From Escherichia coli (lineage in GTDB: Bacteria > Pseudomonadota > Gammaproteobacteria > Enterobacterales > Enterobacteriaceae), in the NCBI RefSeq assembly GCF_051903065.1, contig NZ_CP178438.1: a stretch of 64,000 nt of DNA, one strand, 5' to 3'. The notes under the pieces are model-generated. The model had not been told where the DNA came from and did not search any database. It worked only from the letters and a program-made list of their open reading frames with translations. Position numbers and translations under genes: made by a program. Position 1 is the stretch's first letter; every line of letters starts with the position of its first letter. Of the stretch, positions 30,529 through 44,135 are shown in pieces.

Positions 30529-31047
30529 ATGCGTTTTTCTCACCGACTGTTCTTACTTCTGATTCTCCTGCTGACGGGAGCACCAATACTCGCTCAGGAG
30601 CCTTCTGACGTTGCGAAAAACGTGCGTATGATGGTTTCCGGTATTGTCAGTTACACCCGCTGGCCTGCGCTATCAGGGCCACCAAAGTTATGTATCTTTT
30701 CATCTTCACGTTTTAGTACCGCCCTACAAGAGAATGGCGCGACATCTTTGCCTTATCTGCCTGTCATCATTCACACTCAACAAGAGGCGATGATTTCAGG
30801 CTGCAATGGTTTTTATTTTGGCAACGAGTCACCGACATTCCAGATGGAATTAACCGAACAATATCCGTCAAAGGCGTTATTATTAATTGCCGAACAAAAT
30901 ACCGAGTGCATTATTGGTAGCGTCTTTTGTCTAATCATCCACAATAATGACGTCAGATTTGCCGTAAACCTGGATGCCTTATCGCGTAGCGGTGTAAAGG
31001 TCAACCCGGATGTCTTGATGCTCGCACGGAAGAAAAATGATGGATAA
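30529..31047 (+). CDS. yfiR: periplasmic repressor of DgcN
   Basis: 172 aa, signal peptide; first gene of yfiR-dgcN-yfiB. Confidence 0.88.
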   Translation: MRFSHRLFLLLILLLTGAPILAQEPSDVAKNVRMMVSGIVSYTRWPALSGPPKLCIFSSSRFSTALQENGATSLPYLPVIIHTQQEAMISGCNGFYFGNESPTFQMELTEQYPSKALLLIAEQNTECIIGSVFCLIIHNNDVRFAVNLDALSRSGVKVNPDVLMLARKKNDG

Positions 31048-32263
31048 CGATAATTCTCTTAATAAGCGCCCCACGTTTAAAAGAGCATTACGCAACATCA
31101 GTATGACCAGCATATTTATCACTATGATGCTGATCTGGTTGCTGCTTTCCGTGACCTCGGTGCTGACCCTGAAACAGTACGCGCAAAAAAACCTGGCACT
31201 GACAGCAGCAACAATGACTTACAGTCTGGAAGCAGCTGTCGTTTTTGCCGATGGCCCTGCAGCAACTGAAACACTGGCAGCGCTGGGCCAGCAAGGGCAA
31301 TTTTCAACTGCAGAAGTACGTGATAAGCAGCAAAATATTCTGGCATCCTGGCATTACACCCGTAAGGATCCAGGCGATACTTTCAGCAATTTCATAAGCC
31401 ACTGGCTCTTCCCTGCTCCCATCATTCAGCCGATTCGTCACAATGGCGAAACCATTGGCGAAGTACGCTTAACCGCTCGCGACAGTTCAATCAGCCATTT
31501 TATCTGGTTTTCGCTCGCCGTACTGACCGGTTGTATTCTGCTGGCATCAGGAATCGCAATTACCCTCACCCGCCATTTGCACAATGGCCTGGTGGAAGCA
31601 CTGAAAAATATCACCGATGTCGTACATGATGTGCGTTCCAACCGCAATTTTTCCCGACGAGTTTCGGAAGAACGTATCGCTGAGTTTCACCGCTTCGCTC
31701 TCGACTTCAACAGTCTGCTGGATGAAATGGAAGAGTGGCAGCTTCGTTTACAGGCCAAAAATGCGCAGCTTCTGCGTACCGCGCTACATGACCCATTAAC
31801 CGGGCTGGCTAACCGCGCAGCGTTTCGTAGCGGCATCAATACGTTGATGAACAATTCCGATGCCCGAAAAACGTCGGCGTTACTATTTCTTGATGGCGAT
31901 AATTTCAAATATATCAATGATACCTGGGGTCATGCGACGGGCGATAGAGTCTTGATTGAAATCGCAAAACGGTTAGCTGAATTTGGCGGGCTGCGACATA
32001 AAGCATACCGCCTGGGCGGCGATGAATTCGCTATGGTGCTCTATGATGTACAGTCGGAATCTGAAGTGCAGCAGATATGCTCAGCACTGACACAAATCTT
32101 TAATCGCCCGTTTGATCTTCATAATGGCCATCAGACCACCATGACATTAAGCATTGGTTACGCAATGACCATTGCGCACGCTTCTGCGGAAAAATTACAA
32201 GAGCTGGCCGATCACAATATGTATCAGGCCAAACACCAGCGTGCCGAAAAGCTGGTGAGATAA
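31037..32263 (+). CDS. dgcN: diguanylate cyclase (GGDEF) DgcN
   Basis: 408 aa, two TM segments, HAMP-like region, GGDEF motif (RLGGDEF). Confidence 0.93.
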   Translation: MMDNDNSLNKRPTFKRALRNISMTSIFITMMLIWLLLSVTSVLTLKQYAQKNLALTAATMTYSLEAAVVFADGPAATETLAALGQQGQFSTAEVRDKQQNILASWHYTRKDPGDTFSNFISHWLFPAPIIQPIRHNGETIGEVRLTARDSSISHFIWFSLAVLTGCILLASGIAITLTRHLHNGLVEALKNITDVVHDVRSNRNFSRRVSEERIAEFHRFALDFNSLLDEMEEWQLRLQAKNAQLLRTALHDPLTGLANRAAFRSGINTLMNNSDARKTSALLFLDGDNFKYINDTWGHATGDRVLIEIAKRLAEFGGLRHKAYRLGGDEFAMVLYDVQSESEVQQICSALTQIFNRPFDLHNGHQTTMTLSIGYAMTIAHASAEKLQELADHNMYQAKHQRAEKLVR

Positions 32264-32278
32264 CAAGGATATATCGAT

Positions 32279-32761
32279 ATGATAAAGCACCTGGTAGCAC
32301 CCCTGATTTTCACCTCACTAATACTGACTGGCTGCCAGTCCCCTCAGGGAAAGTTTACTCCTGAGCAAGTCGCCGCTATGCAATCTTATGGATTTACTGA
32401 ATCCGCCGGCGACTGGTCGCTGGGCTTATCAGATGCCATTCTGTTCGCAAAAAATGACTACAAATTGCTCCCGGAAAGCCAGCAACAGATCCAAACCATG
32501 GCAGCCAAATTGGCCTCGACAGGGCTAACACATGCCCGTATGGATGGACACACCGATAACTATGGTGAAGACAGTTACAACGAAGGCTTATCATTGAAAC
32601 GGGCGAATGTCGTGGCCGATGCATGGGCTATGGGTGGACAAATTCCACGCAGCAATCTCACCACACAGGGTTTAGGAAAAAAATATCCCATAGCCAGTAA
32701 CAAGACCGCCCAGGGCCGCGCCGAGAACCGCCGCGTCGCAGTGGTGATTACTACCCCTTAA
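32279..32761 (+). CDS. yfiB: OmpA-family outer-membrane lipoprotein YfiB
   Basis: 160 aa; lipobox LTGC, OmpA-like peptidoglycan-binding C-terminus (NRRV). Confidence 0.92.
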   Translation: MIKHLVAPLIFTSLILTGCQSPQGKFTPEQVAAMQSYGFTESAGDWSLGLSDAILFAKNDYKLLPESQQQIQTMAAKLASTGLTHARMDGHTDNYGEDSYNEGLSLKRANVVADAWAMGGQIPRSNLTTQGLGKKYPIASNKTAQGRAENRRVAVVITTP

Positions 32762-32837
32762 AACACGAGCAAACAGATAAAAAAAGGGCCAGCCAATTGG
32801 CCAGCCCTTCTTAACAGGATGTCGCTTAAGCGAAATC

Positions 32838-33188
<351 letters not shown>

Positions 33189-33226
33189 TTAATCTCTTAT
33201 CCTGGGTAAACTGATATCTCGGGGGC

Positions 33227-33994
33227 TTACGCCATCCCATCATGTTTATGTTGCTGTTGTGCGTGTTCCGTTTTGAACTCCGCCAGCAACCTTGCTTGCT
33301 CTTCAGTCAGAGCCAGGTTTTCCAGAAGTTCAGGTCTTCTAAGCCAGGTACGGCCCAGCGACTGTTTCAAACGCCAGCGACGTATCTCGGCATGGTTGCC
33401 CGACAGTAACACTGGCGGAACTTCCATCCCTTCTAACACCTCAGGCCGCGTATAGTGCGGGCAATCCAGCAATCCTTCAGCAAAGGAATCTTCCGTTGCC
33501 GAGGCTTCATGTCCCAGTACTCCCGGAATAAACCGGGAAACGGAGTCAATCAGCGTCATTGCTGGTAACTCACCACCACTGAGAACGTAATCGCCGATTG
33601 ACCATTCTTCGTCAATTTCGGTTTGGATCACGCGCTCATCTATACCTTCGTAGCGACCGCACACCAGAATCAATTTTTGATTCGTTGCCAGTTCGCTGAC
33701 GCCCGCTTGATCAAGCTTGCGTCCCTGTGGTGAAAGATAAATCACCTTTGCGCCTTCACCCGCCGCGGCTTTTGCTGCATGAATGGCGTCCCGCAAGGGT
33801 TGCACCATCATTAACATCCCCGGTCCGCCGCCGTAAGGACGATCGTCCACGGTACGGTGCCGGTCATGCGTGAAGTCGCGAGGACTCCAGCTCTGGATGC
33901 TCAGCAGGCCATTTTTAACTGCCCGGCCAGTTACCCCGTAATCGGTAATTGCGCGGAACATTTCAGGAAACAGGCTAATTATGCCAATCCACAT
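33227..33994 (-). CDS. trmD: tRNA (guanine37-N1)-methyltransferase
   Basis: 255 aa SPOUT-knot methyltransferase. Confidence 0.96.
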
Positions 33995-34024
33995 AGCGCC
34001 GTCTTTTACCGTTTATCCGGTGGT

Positions 34025-34573
34025 TTAAAAACCAGGATCCCAATCTACTTCGATTGAACGAGTAGTGAGATCGACTTTCTTGATAACCTGCCCATCGAGG
34101 AACGGTACGAGACGTTCCTTGATACCAAACGCATCTTTCAGGTTTGCCTTAATGACGAGAACGTCATTGGATCCGGTTTCCATCATATCGACGACTTTAC
34201 CGAGATCGTAGCCTTCAGTGGTTACTACCTGGCAGCCCATCAGGTCTTTCCAGTAGTAGTCACCCTCTTCAAGCTGAGGCAGCTGCGATGAATCCACGAC
34301 AATTTCACAATTCGTCAGCAGGTTCGCCGCATCACGATCGTCAACGCCTTTCAGCTTGATGATCATGTCCTGATTGTGGTGCTTCCAGCTTTCCAGCTGG
34401 ACTTGCTGCCACTGACCCGCCTTCTGGATAAACCAAGGCTGATAGTCAAAAATGCTTTCGGCGTCTTCGGTGGAAGAAAACACTCTGAGCCACCCACGAA
34501 TACCGTAAGACGAACCCATTTTTCCCAAAACGATGGGATCAACAGGTGCTTGCGCGGTGAGTTGTTTGCTCAT
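34025..34573 (-). CDS. rimM: 16S rRNA processing protein RimM
   Basis: 182 aa from ATG at 34573 ([10 protein letters not shown]...). Confidence 0.93.
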
Positions 34574-34591
34574 CATGACCACCGTGACAGA

Positions 34592-34918
<327 letters not shown>

Positions 34919-34976
34919 TTACTGATTTCTGGAGAAAATGCAATCAGCAGTTAATAACTCTGTCGCATAAGGTCAT

Positions 34977-36338
34977 TTAGCGACCAGGAAATCCCGGCGG
35001 CATCATCCCCTTCATGCTTCTCATCATCTTCGCCATTCCGCCCTTCTTCATTTTCTTCATCATGCGCTGCATGTCGTCGAACTGTTTCAGAAGACGGTTA
35101 ACGTCCTGCACCTGCATACCGCAACCGGCAGCAATACGGCGTTTACGCGAACCTTTGATGATTTCTGGCTTAGCGCGCTCTTTCATCGTCATCGAGTTGA
35201 TGATGGCTTCCATACGCACCAGCACTTTATCGTCCATCTGTGACTTGACGTTATCCGGGATCTGCCCCATGCCCGGCAGCTTGCCCATCAGGCTAGCCAT
35301 GCCGCCCATATTTTTCATCTGGCGCAGCTGCTCAAGAAAGTCGTTGAGATCGAAGCCGTCACCTTTTTTCAGCTTGCTGGCTAATTTCTCTGCCTGCGCG
35401 CGGTCAACTTTGCTTTCGATATCTTCGATCAGCGACAGTACGTCGCCCATGCCGAGAATACGCGACGCGATGCGGTCCGGATGGAACGGCTCCAGCGCCT
35501 CAGTTTTCTCGCCAACACCGAGGAACTTGATCGGTTTGCCAGTGATGTGACGAATAGAGAGCGCCGCACCGCCGCGGGCATCGCCGTCCACTTTGGTCAA
35601 CACTACGCCGGTAAGCGGTAACGCTTCATTGAATGCTTTTGCCGTATTGGCCGCATCCTGACCGGTCATGGCGTCAACCACAAACAGGGTTTCAACCGGG
35701 TTAATCGACGCATGGACTTGTTTGATCTCGTCCATCATCGCTTCGTCAACGTGCAGACGACCAGCGGTATCCACCAGCAGCACGTCGTAGAATTTCAGTT
35801 TGGCTTCTTTCAGCGCCGCGTTAACGATATCTACCGGCTTCTGACCAACATCAGAAGGGAAGAAATCAACGCCCACCTGCTCTGCCAGCGTCTCAAGCTG
35901 TTTGATTGCCGCCGGGCGATAAACGTCGGCAGAAACCACCAGCACTTTCTTCTTGTGCTTCTCGCGCAGGAACTTACCGAGTTTACCAACGCTGGTTGTT
36001 TTACCGGCACCTTGCAGGCCCGCCATCAGCACGACCGCTGGCGGTTGCGCAGCCAGGTTCAGGGTCTGGTTCTCTTCGCCCATCGCCGCAACCAGTTCGT
36101 TACGGACGATTTTGACGAACTCCTGCCCCGGCGTCAGGCTCTTATTAACTTCATGACCAACCGCTTTCTCTTTTACGCGATTGATAAACTCACGCACTAC
36201 CGGCAGAGCGACGTCCGCCTCCAGCAGCGCCATGCGCACTTCGCGCAGCGTATCTTTTACGTTGTCTTCAGTGAGGCGTCCACGGCCACTGATATTGCGC
36301 AGCGTGCGCGACAAACGATCGGTTAAATTATCAAACAT
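34977..36338 (-). CDS. ffh: signal recognition particle protein Ffh
   Basis: 453 aa; SRP GTPase motifs (GLQGAGKTT, DTAGR), Met-rich M domain. Confidence 0.97.
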   Translation of the reverse strand: MFDNLTDRLSRTLRNISGRGRLTEDNVKDTLREVRMALLEADVALPVVREFINRVKEKAVGHEVNKSLTPGQEFVKIVRNELVAAMGEENQTLNLAAQPPAVVLMAGLQGAGKTTSVGKLGKFLREKHKKKVLVVSADVYRPAAIKQLETLAEQVGVDFFPSDVGQKPVDIVNAALKEAKLKFYDVLLVDTAGRLHVDEAMMDEIKQVHASINPVETLFVVDAMTGQDAANTAKAFNEALPLTGVVLTKVDGDARGGAALSIRHITGKPIKFLGVGEKTEALEPFHPDRIASRILGMGDVLSLIEDIESKVDRAQAEKLASKLKKGDGFDLNDFLEQLRQMKNMGGMASLMGKLPGMGQIPDNVKSQMDDKVLVRMEAIINSMTMKERAKPEIIKGSRKRRIAAGCGMQVQDVNRLLKQFDDMQRMMKKMKKGGMAKMMRSMKGMMPPGFPGR

Positions 36339-36504
36339 TGTCTCTCGCCTGGGGTGGAAACGGTTGGCCGCAATCGCGACACATCATCAGTATTTTGCCG
36401 CAGTATAACATGAAGGCGTCTTTGTTGTTATGCAACGGTTGGAGCAGCGTTCACCTGACGCTATACTGCTTCTCTTTCTTATTGCTCAAACTGTCGACAT
36501 TACT

Positions 36505-37296
36505 ATGCCCGTTTTTGCTCTGCTCGCGCTTGTCGCCTACTCCGTCAGTCTTGCGCTGATTGTTCCCGGTCTGCTGCAAAAAAACGGCGGCTGGCGGCGC
36601 ATGGCTATTATTTCTGCGGTCATTGCGCTGGTCTGCCACGCAATCGCTCTGGAAGCCCGCATCCTGCCCGACGGTGATAGCGGACAAAACCTCAGCCTGC
36701 TGAACGTTGGTTCATTGGTCAGTTTGATGATCTGTACGGTAATGACCATTGTGGCTTCTCGCAATCGTGGCTGGTTGCTGCTACCCATTGTCTATGCCTT
36801 TGCGCTTATCAACCTGGCGCTGGCGACCTTCATGCCCAATGAATACATCACCCATCTGGAAGCAACGCCTGGGATGCTGGTGCACATTGGCTTATCGCTC
36901 TTTTCCTATGCCACGCTAATTATCGCCGCCCTGTACGCGCTGCAACTGGCGTGGATTGATTACCAACTGAAGAACAAGAAGCTGGCGTTTAACCAGGAAA
37001 TGCCGCCATTGATGAGTATCGAGCGTAAAATGTTCCACATCACGCAGATTGGCGTGGTGCTGCTAACGCTCACGCTTTGCACTGGCCTGTTCTACATGCA
37101 CAACTTATTTAGCATGGAAAATATCGACAAGGCTGTGCTCTCTATCGTGGCGTGGTTTGTCTATATTGTGCTGCTGTGGGGACATTATCATGAAGGATGG
37201 CGTGGACGTCGCGTCGTCTGGTTTAACGTTGCGGGTGCAGTCATTCTGACACTGGCCTACTTCGGCAGCCGAATTGTCCAGCAGTTAATCAGCTAA
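36505..37296 (+). CDS. ypjD: inner-membrane protein (cytochrome c assembly-like)
   Basis: 263 aa from ATG at 36505; polytopic membrane protein. Confidence 0.8.
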   Translation: MPVFALLALVAYSVSLALIVPGLLQKNGGWRRMAIISAVIALVCHAIALEARILPDGDSGQNLSLLNVGSLVSLMICTVMTIVASRNRGWLLLPIVYAFALINLALATFMPNEYITHLEATPGMLVHIGLSLFSYATLIIAALYALQLAWIDYQLKNKKLAFNQEMPPLMSIERKMFHITQIGVVLLTLTLCTGLFYMHNLFSMENIDKAVLSIVAWFVYIVLLWGHYHEGWRGRRVVWFNVAGAVILTLAYFGSRIVQQLIS

Positions 37297-37316
37297 ACCC
37301 AGAAAAGGAGTTTCCC

Positions 37317-38603
37317 CTGGAACACATTTCTACTACTACGTTGATCATTATTCTGATCATCATGGTGGTCATTTCAGCCTATTTTTCCGGGTCCGAAACC
37401 GGAATGATGACCCTCAACCGCTATCGTCTGCGACATATGGCGAAACAGGGTAATCGCTCGGCCAAACGCGTCGAAAAATTGCTGCGTAAGCCAGACCGCC
37501 TGATAAGCCTGGTGTTAATCGGCAATAACCTGGTCAATATTCTTGCCTCCGCGCTCGGCACTATTGTTGGGATGCGTTTGTACGGCGATGCGGGCGTGGC
37601 AATTGCGACTGGTGTGCTGACTTTTGTCGTACTGGTTTTTGCTGAGGTATTGCCGAAAACCATTGCCGCGCTGTACCCGGAAAAAGTCGCTTATCCAAGT
37701 AGTTTTCTGCTGTCTCCGCTGCAAATTTTGATGATGCCGCTGGTCTGGTTGCTGAATGCTATCACCCGTATGCTGATGCGCATGATGGGTATCAAAACCG
37801 ATATCGTGGTTAGCGGCTCTTTGAGCAAAGAAGAGTTGCGCACTATCGTGCACGAATCGCGCTCACAAATTTCCCGTCGCAATCAGGATATGCTGCTGTC
37901 GGTGCTCGATCTGGAAAAAATGACCGTTGATGACATCATGGTGCCGCGCAGTGAAATTATCGGTATTGATATCAACGATGACTGGAAATCTATTCTGCGC
38001 CAACTCTCCCACTCACCTCACGGGCGCATCGTGCTCTACCGTGATTCGCTGGACGACGCCATCAGTATGCTGCGAGTACGTGAAGCCTGGCGGTTGATGT
38101 CGGAGAAAAAAGAGTTCACCAAAGAAACCATGCTGCGCGCCGCGGACGAGATCTATTTTGTGCCGGAAGGTACGCCGCTCAGCACGCAGTTGGTAAAGTT
38201 TCAGCGCAACAAAAAGAAAGTCGGCCTGGTCGTCAACGAGTATGGAGACATTCAGGGGCTGGTGACGGTTGAAGATATTCTGGAAGAGATTGTCGGCGAT
38301 TTCACTACGTCGATGTCGCCAACACTTGCCGAAGAGGTCACGCCGCAAAACGACGGTTCGGTGATTATCGATGGCACCGCCAACGTGCGGGAAATCAACA
38401 AAGCCTTTAACTGGCATCTACCGGAAGATGATGCCCGCACGGTTAATGGCGTCATTCTTGAGGCACTGGAAGAGATCCCTGTCGCAGGCACCCGCGTGCG
38501 TATTGGCGAGTACGATATCGATATTCTCGACGTACAGGACAATATGATTAAGCAGGTAAAAGTTTTTCCTGTGAAACCGCTGCGCGAGAGTGTGGCGGAG
38601 TAA
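37317..38603 (+). CDS. yfjD: CNNM/CorC-family membrane protein (DUF21, CBS pair, CorC-HlyC)
   Basis: Frame open from 37317 (CTG, AAAAGGAG 7 nt upstream); later candidate starts TTG 37341 and ATG 37362; start uncertain. Confidence 0.8.
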   Translation: MEHISTTTLIIILIIMVVISAYFSGSETGMMTLNRYRLRHMAKQGNRSAKRVEKLLRKPDRLISLVLIGNNLVNILASALGTIVGMRLYGDAGVAIATGVLTFVVLVFAEVLPKTIAALYPEKVAYPSSFLLSPLQILMMPLVWLLNAITRMLMRMMGIKTDIVVSGSLSKEELRTIVHESRSQISRRNQDMLLSVLDLEKMTVDDIMVPRSEIIGIDINDDWKSILRQLSHSPHGRIVLYRDSLDDAISMLRVREAWRLMSEKKEFTKETMLRAADEIYFVPEGTPLSTQLVKFQRNKKKVGLVVNEYGDIQGLVTVEDILEEIVGDFTTSMSPTLAEEVTPQNDGSVIIDGTANVREINKAFNWHLPEDDARTVNGVILEALEEIPVAGTRVRIGEYDIDILDVQDNMIKQVKVFPVKPLRESVAE

Positions 38604-38657
38604 CGAAAACGGCCCTGCATTCGCATGCAAGGCCGTGAATTATTACGAAAACAGAAA

Positions 38658-39284
<627 letters not shown>

Positions 39285-39373
39285 CTAACTTCGCTTATTA
39301 TGGGGATCAGTTTCAGGGTTTCAAGGGAAGCACTCACATTGTCATCAATCTTCGCAACAAGGACCTCGGAAAA

Positions 39374-40252
39374 ATGAATAATCATTTCAAGTGTATTGGC
39401 ATTGTGGGACACCCACGGCACCCTACTGCACTGACAACACATGAAATGCTCTACCGCTGGCTGTGCACAAAAGGTTACGAGGTCATCGTTGAGCAACAAA
39501 TCGCTCACGAACTGCAACTGAAGAATGTGAAAACTGGCACGCTCGCGGAGATTGGGCAACTGGCTGATCTCGCGGTAGTCGTTGGTGGCGACGGTAATAT
39601 GCTGGGCGCGGCACGCACACTCGCCCGTTACGATATTAAAATTATTGGAATCAACCGTGGCAACCTGGGTTTCCTGACTGACCTTGACCCCGATAACGCC
39701 CAGCAACAGTTAGCCGATGTGCTGGAAGGCCACTACATCAGCGAGAAACGTTTTTTGCTGGAAGCGCAAGTCTGTCAGCAAGATTGCCAGAAACGCATCA
39801 GCACCGCGATAAATGAAGTGGTACTTCATCCAGGCAAAGTGGCGCATATGATAGAGTTCGAAGTGTATATCGACGAGATCTTTGCGTTTTCTCAGCGATC
39901 TGATGGGCTAATTATTTCGACGCCAACAGGCTCCACCGCCTATTCCCTCTCTGCGGGCGGTCCTATTCTGACCCCCTCTCTGGATGCGATTACCCTGGTG
40001 CCCATGTTCCCGCATACGTTGTCAGCACGACCACTGGTCATAAACAGCAGCAGCACGATCCGTCTGCGTTTTTCGCATCGCCGTAACGACCTGGAAATCA
40101 GTTGCGACAGCCAGATAGCACTGCCGATTCAGGAAGGTGAAGATGTCCTGATTCGTCGCTGTGATTACCATCTGAATCTGATTCATCCGAAAGATTACAG
40201 TTATTTCAATATATTAAGCACCAAGCTCGGCTGGTCAAAAAAATTATTCTAA
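39374..40252 (+). CDS. nadK: NAD kinase
   Basis: 292 aa; GGDG motif ([11 protein letters not shown]). Confidence 0.96.
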   Translation: MNNHFKCIGIVGHPRHPTALTTHEMLYRWLCTKGYEVIVEQQIAHELQLKNVKTGTLAEIGQLADLAVVVGGDGNMLGAARTLARYDIKIIGINRGNLGFLTDLDPDNAQQQLADVLEGHYISEKRFLLEAQVCQQDCQKRISTAINEVVLHPGKVAHMIEFEVYIDEIFAFSQRSDGLIISTPTGSTAYSLSAGGPILTPSLDAITLVPMFPHTLSARPLVINSSSTIRLRFSHRRNDLEISCDSQIALPIQEGEDVLIRRCDYHLNLIHPKDYSYFNILSTKLGWSKKLF

Positions 40253-40259
40253 TTTTACG

Positions 40260-40301
40260 CCAGCCTCTTTACTGTATATAAAACCAGTTTATACTGTACA
40301 C
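40260..40301 (+). promoter_or_regulatory. tandem LexA (SOS) boxes upstream of recN
   Basis: CTGTATATAAAACCAG (40262-40277) and CTGTACACAATAACAG (40284-40299) fit CTGT-N8-ACAG. Confidence 0.85.
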
Positions 40302-40337
40302 AATAACAGTAATGGTTTTTCATACAGGAAAACGACT

Positions 40338-41999
40338 ATGTTGGCACAACTGACCATCAGCAACTTTGCTATCGTTCGTGAGCTTGAGATTGATTTTCAT
40401 AGCGGCATGACCGTAATAACTGGCGAGACCGGCGCGGGTAAATCTATTGCAATAGATGCCCTCGGTCTTTGTCTCGGTGGTCGCGCTGAAGCCGACATGG
40501 TGCGTACCGGCGCTGCTCGCGCTGACCTGTGCGCCCGTTTTTCTCTGAAAGATACGCCAGCGGCTCTGCGCTGGCTGGAAGAAAACCAGCTTGAAGACGG
40601 GCATGAATGTTTGCTTCGTCGCGTGATCAGCAGCGATGGTCGCTCCCGTGGTTTCATCAACGGTACAGCTGTTCCTCTGTCACAACTGCGCGAACTGGGT
40701 CAGTTGCTGATTCAGATCCATGGTCAGCACGCTCATCAGTTACTCACCAAACCCGAGCACCAAAAGTTCCTGCTTGATGGCTATGCCAATGAAACCTCTC
40801 TACTCCAGGAAATGACCGCACGTTATCAGTTGTGGCATCAAAGCTGCCGTGACCTCGCGCATCATCAACAGTTAAGTCAGGAACGCGCCGCCCGTGCGGA
40901 ACTGCTGCAATACCAATTAAAAGAACTTAACGAATTTAATCCGCAGCCCGGAGAGTTTGAGCAAATCGACGAAGAGTACAAACGTCTGGCGAACAGCGGT
41001 CAATTGCTGACCACCAGCCAGAATGCTTTGGCATTAATGGCCGACGGTGAAGACGCAAACCTGCAAAGTCAGCTTTACACGGCTAAACAACTGGTGAGCG
41101 AATTGATTGGCATGGACAGCAAACTGTCCGGCGTACTTGATATGCTGGAAGAAGCTACCATCCAGATTGCTGAAGCCAGCGACGAACTGCGCCACTACTG
41201 CGATCGTTTGGATCTCGATCCCAACCGGCTGTTTGAACTTGAACAACGCATCTCAAAACAGATTTCGCTGGCACGTAAACATCACGTCAGCCCTGAGGCA
41301 TTACCACAGTATTACCAGTCGCTACTGGAAGAACAGCAGCAACTGGACGATCAGGCCGACTCACAAGAAACGCTCGCGCTGGCGGTAACGAAACATCATC
41401 AGCAGGCACTGGAAACCGCGCGCGCATTACACCAACAACGCCAGCAATATGCAGAAGAACTTGCACAGCTGATCACCGACAGTATGCATGCGCTCTCAAT
41501 GCCGCATGGGCAGTTTACGATCGATGTTAAATTTGACGAACATCACCTGGGCGCTGACGGTGCCGATCGTATTGAGTTTCGGGTAACCACCAACCCAGGT
41601 CAGCCAATGCAGCCTATTGCCAAAGTCGCATCCGGTGGTGAATTGTCCCGCATCGCACTGGCAATCCAGGTCATCACAGCGCGTAAAATGGAAACCCCGG
41701 CACTGATTTTTGATGAAGTGGATGTAGGGATTAGCGGTCCAACAGCGGCAGTTGTCGGCAAACTGCTGCGTCAACTCGGCGAATCAACTCAGGTGATGTG
41801 TGTTACCCACCTGCCACAAGTCGCGGGATGTGGTCATCAACACTATTTTGTCAGCAAAGAAACCGATGGTGCGATGACAGAAACGCATATGCAATCTCTG
41901 GATAAAAAAGCGCGGTTACAAGAGCTGGCGCGCCTGCTTGGTGGCAGTGAAGTCACACGTAACACACTGGCGAATGCGAAAGAACTGCTTGCGGCGTAA
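40338..41999 (+). CDS. recN: DNA repair protein RecN (SMC-like)
   Basis: 553 aa; Walker A GETGAGKS, long coiled-coil. Confidence 0.97.
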   Translation: MLAQLTISNFAIVRELEIDFHSGMTVITGETGAGKSIAIDALGLCLGGRAEADMVRTGAARADLCARFSLKDTPAALRWLEENQLEDGHECLLRRVISSDGRSRGFINGTAVPLSQLRELGQLLIQIHGQHAHQLLTKPEHQKFLLDGYANETSLLQEMTARYQLWHQSCRDLAHHQQLSQERAARAELLQYQLKELNEFNPQPGEFEQIDEEYKRLANSGQLLTTSQNALALMADGEDANLQSQLYTAKQLVSELIGMDSKLSGVLDMLEEATIQIAEASDELRHYCDRLDLDPNRLFELEQRISKQISLARKHHVSPEALPQYYQSLLEEQQQLDDQADSQETLALAVTKHHQQALETARALHQQRQQYAEELAQLITDSMHALSMPHGQFTIDVKFDEHHLGADGADRIEFRVTTNPGQPMQPIAKVASGGELSRIALAIQVITARKMETPALIFDEVDVGISGPTAAVVGKLLRQLGESTQVMCVTHLPQVAGCGHQHYFVSKETDGAMTETHMQSLDKKARLQELARLLGGSEVTRNTLANAKELLAA

Positions 42000-42147
42000 A
42001 CTTTTTTCCTGCTTCACGGTCAGAGTAAACAGCAAAACGCCGTAAGACCGGAAAGCAAAAGGTTTTAAAGTGATGAAAGGTCTATTATCATCGGCATATT
42101 ACAGATGAGCCACGTACTGCTCGGGCCCGAAAAGGAATCAAATCACT

Positions 42148-42489
42148 ATGCGCTGTAAAACGCTGACTGCTGCAGCAGCAGTACTATTGATGTTGACCGC
42201 AGGCTGTTCCACTCTGGAGCGAGTGGTTTACCGTCCTGACATCAACCAGGGGAACTATCTGACCGCTAACGACGTATCCAAAATACGTGTTGGCATGACG
42301 CAACAACAAGTTGCGTACGCATTGGGTACACCGCTGATGTCCGATCCATTTGGTACGAATACCTGGTTCTATGTCTTCCGCCAGCAACCAGGTCATGAAG
42401 GTGTAACGCAGCAAACGCTGACGCTAACCTTTAACAGTAGCGGTGTGTTGACCAATATTGATAACAAACCTGCGCTGAGTGGTAACTAA
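42148..42489 (+). CDS. bamE: outer-membrane assembly lipoprotein BamE
   Basis: 113 aa; lipobox LTAGCS. Confidence 0.93.
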
Positions 42490-42550
42490 TAATAAAGTTG
42501 CTCTCAAAGACGTTAAAAAAGGTGCTCAATGAGCACCTTTTTTCTGTCCG

Positions 42551-42841
42551 TTATTTATTCGCTGATTTTTCTGCTCGTTGCCTGCGAAGCTCTTTCGGAT
42601 CGGCAATGAGAGGGCGATAAATCTCCACCCGATCGCCATCATGCACACTATCGCTTAGTTTTGCCGGACGGCTGTAAATGCCGACTTTGTTTTTAGTTAA
42701 ATCGATATCGGTACGCAATTCCAGCAAGCCACTGGCGCGAATAGCTTCTTCAACCGTCGCGCCCTCCTGCAGCGTCACGCGCTGCAGGTACTGCTTCTCA
42801 GGTAGCGCATAAGCCACCTCAACGGCAATTTTACCTGGCAC
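42551..42841 (-). CDS. ratB: RatB (UPF0125) protein
   Basis: 96 aa from GTG at 42841 ([10 protein letters not shown]...), 11-nt overlap with ratA stop. Confidence 0.8.
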
Positions 42842-43307
42842 TGTAAACCTCTTTCGCACGAACCGTAAAAGCCTGGACCATATTAGCCGCCAGCTCTTTA
42901 AACACGCGACCAAAGGCGAGTTCAATCAACTTATTGGTAAACTCAAAGTCGAGATGAAACTCGATACGACACGCCTCCTGGCTCAGCGGCGTAAACTTCC
43001 ATCCACCGATCAATTTCTTGAACGGCCCATCCACCAGATTCATAAGAATACTTTGGTTACTGGTCAACTGGTTGCGGGTAGTAAACGTTTTGCTGATCCC
43101 AGCCTTAGAGACATCTACCGCCGCAGTCATCTGCCCAGGAGTGGACTCCAGAATCCGACTTCCGGTACAACCCGGCAAAAACTGAGGATAAGACTGAACG
43201 TCATTCACTAACTGATACATTTGCTCCGCGCTGTAGGGTACCAGTGCGGTCCGGCTAATCTGAGGCATAACAATTTCCATCAACAAAAATCCAACAAATA
43301 ATATCAT
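42831..43307 (-). CDS. ratA: ribosome-association toxin RatA (SRPBCC/polyketide-cyclase-like)
   Basis: 158 aa; conserved partner upstream of ratB. Confidence 0.85.
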   Translation of the reverse strand: MILFVGFLLMEIVMPQISRTALVPYSAEQMYQLVNDVQSYPQFLPGCTGSRILESTPGQMTAAVDVSKAGISKTFTTRNQLTSNQSILMNLVDGPFKKLIGGWKFTPLSQEACRIEFHLDFEFTNKLIELAFGRVFKELAANMVQAFTVRAKEVYSAR

Positions 43308-43438
43308 TTATCCTGCTGTAAAAAAAACGCTATCCCGGCGCTGGGTAACATCGGGTTCATGCTAAGATAGAGCCTTGTCCCCCGCAGGATTGATATGGGG
43401 TGTTTTCGATTTCAGATTACCGATGATTCACGACGCTT

Positions 43439-43921
43439 ATGACGAAGAAAAAAGCACATAAACCTGGTTCAGCGACCATCGCGCTTAACAAGCGCGCCCG
43501 TCACGAATACTTTATCGAAGAAGAGTTCGAAGCGGGACTTGCCCTGCAAGGCTGGGAAGTTAAATCCCTGCGCGCAGGAAAAGCCAATATCAGCGACAGC
43601 TACGTCCTTCTGCGTGACGGAGAGGCATTTCTGTTTGGCGCTAACATCACGCCAATGGCCGTGGCCTCCACGCATGTGGTGTGCGATCCTACCCGTACCC
43701 GCAAGTTACTTCTCAACCAGCGCGAACTGGACTCATTGTACGGTCGCGTCAATCGAGAAGGCTATACCGTAGTGGCGCTCTCCCTGTACTGGAAAAATGC
43801 CTGGTGCAAAGTGAAAATCGGCGTCGCCAAAGGTAAGAAACAGCACGATAAACGTTCAGATATCAAAGAGCGCGAATGGCAGGTGGATAAAGCGCGTATC
43901 ATGAAAAACGCCCACCGTTAA
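43439..43921 (+). CDS. smpB: SsrA-binding protein SmpB
   Basis: 160 aa ([25 protein letters not shown]...). Confidence 0.97.
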
Positions 43922-44135
43922 ACCTGCACTCCAATTATTGACCAGTTCCTCACCGCGCCTCCCTCTCCGGCGGCGCGAATGAACATCTTATTGGTTATCA
44001 CATCCGACACAAATGTTGCCATTCCATTGCTTAATCGAATAAAAATCAGGCTACATGGGTGCTAAATCTTTAACGATAACGCCATTGAGGCTGGTCATGG
44101 CGCTCATAAATCTGGTATACTTACCTTTACACATT

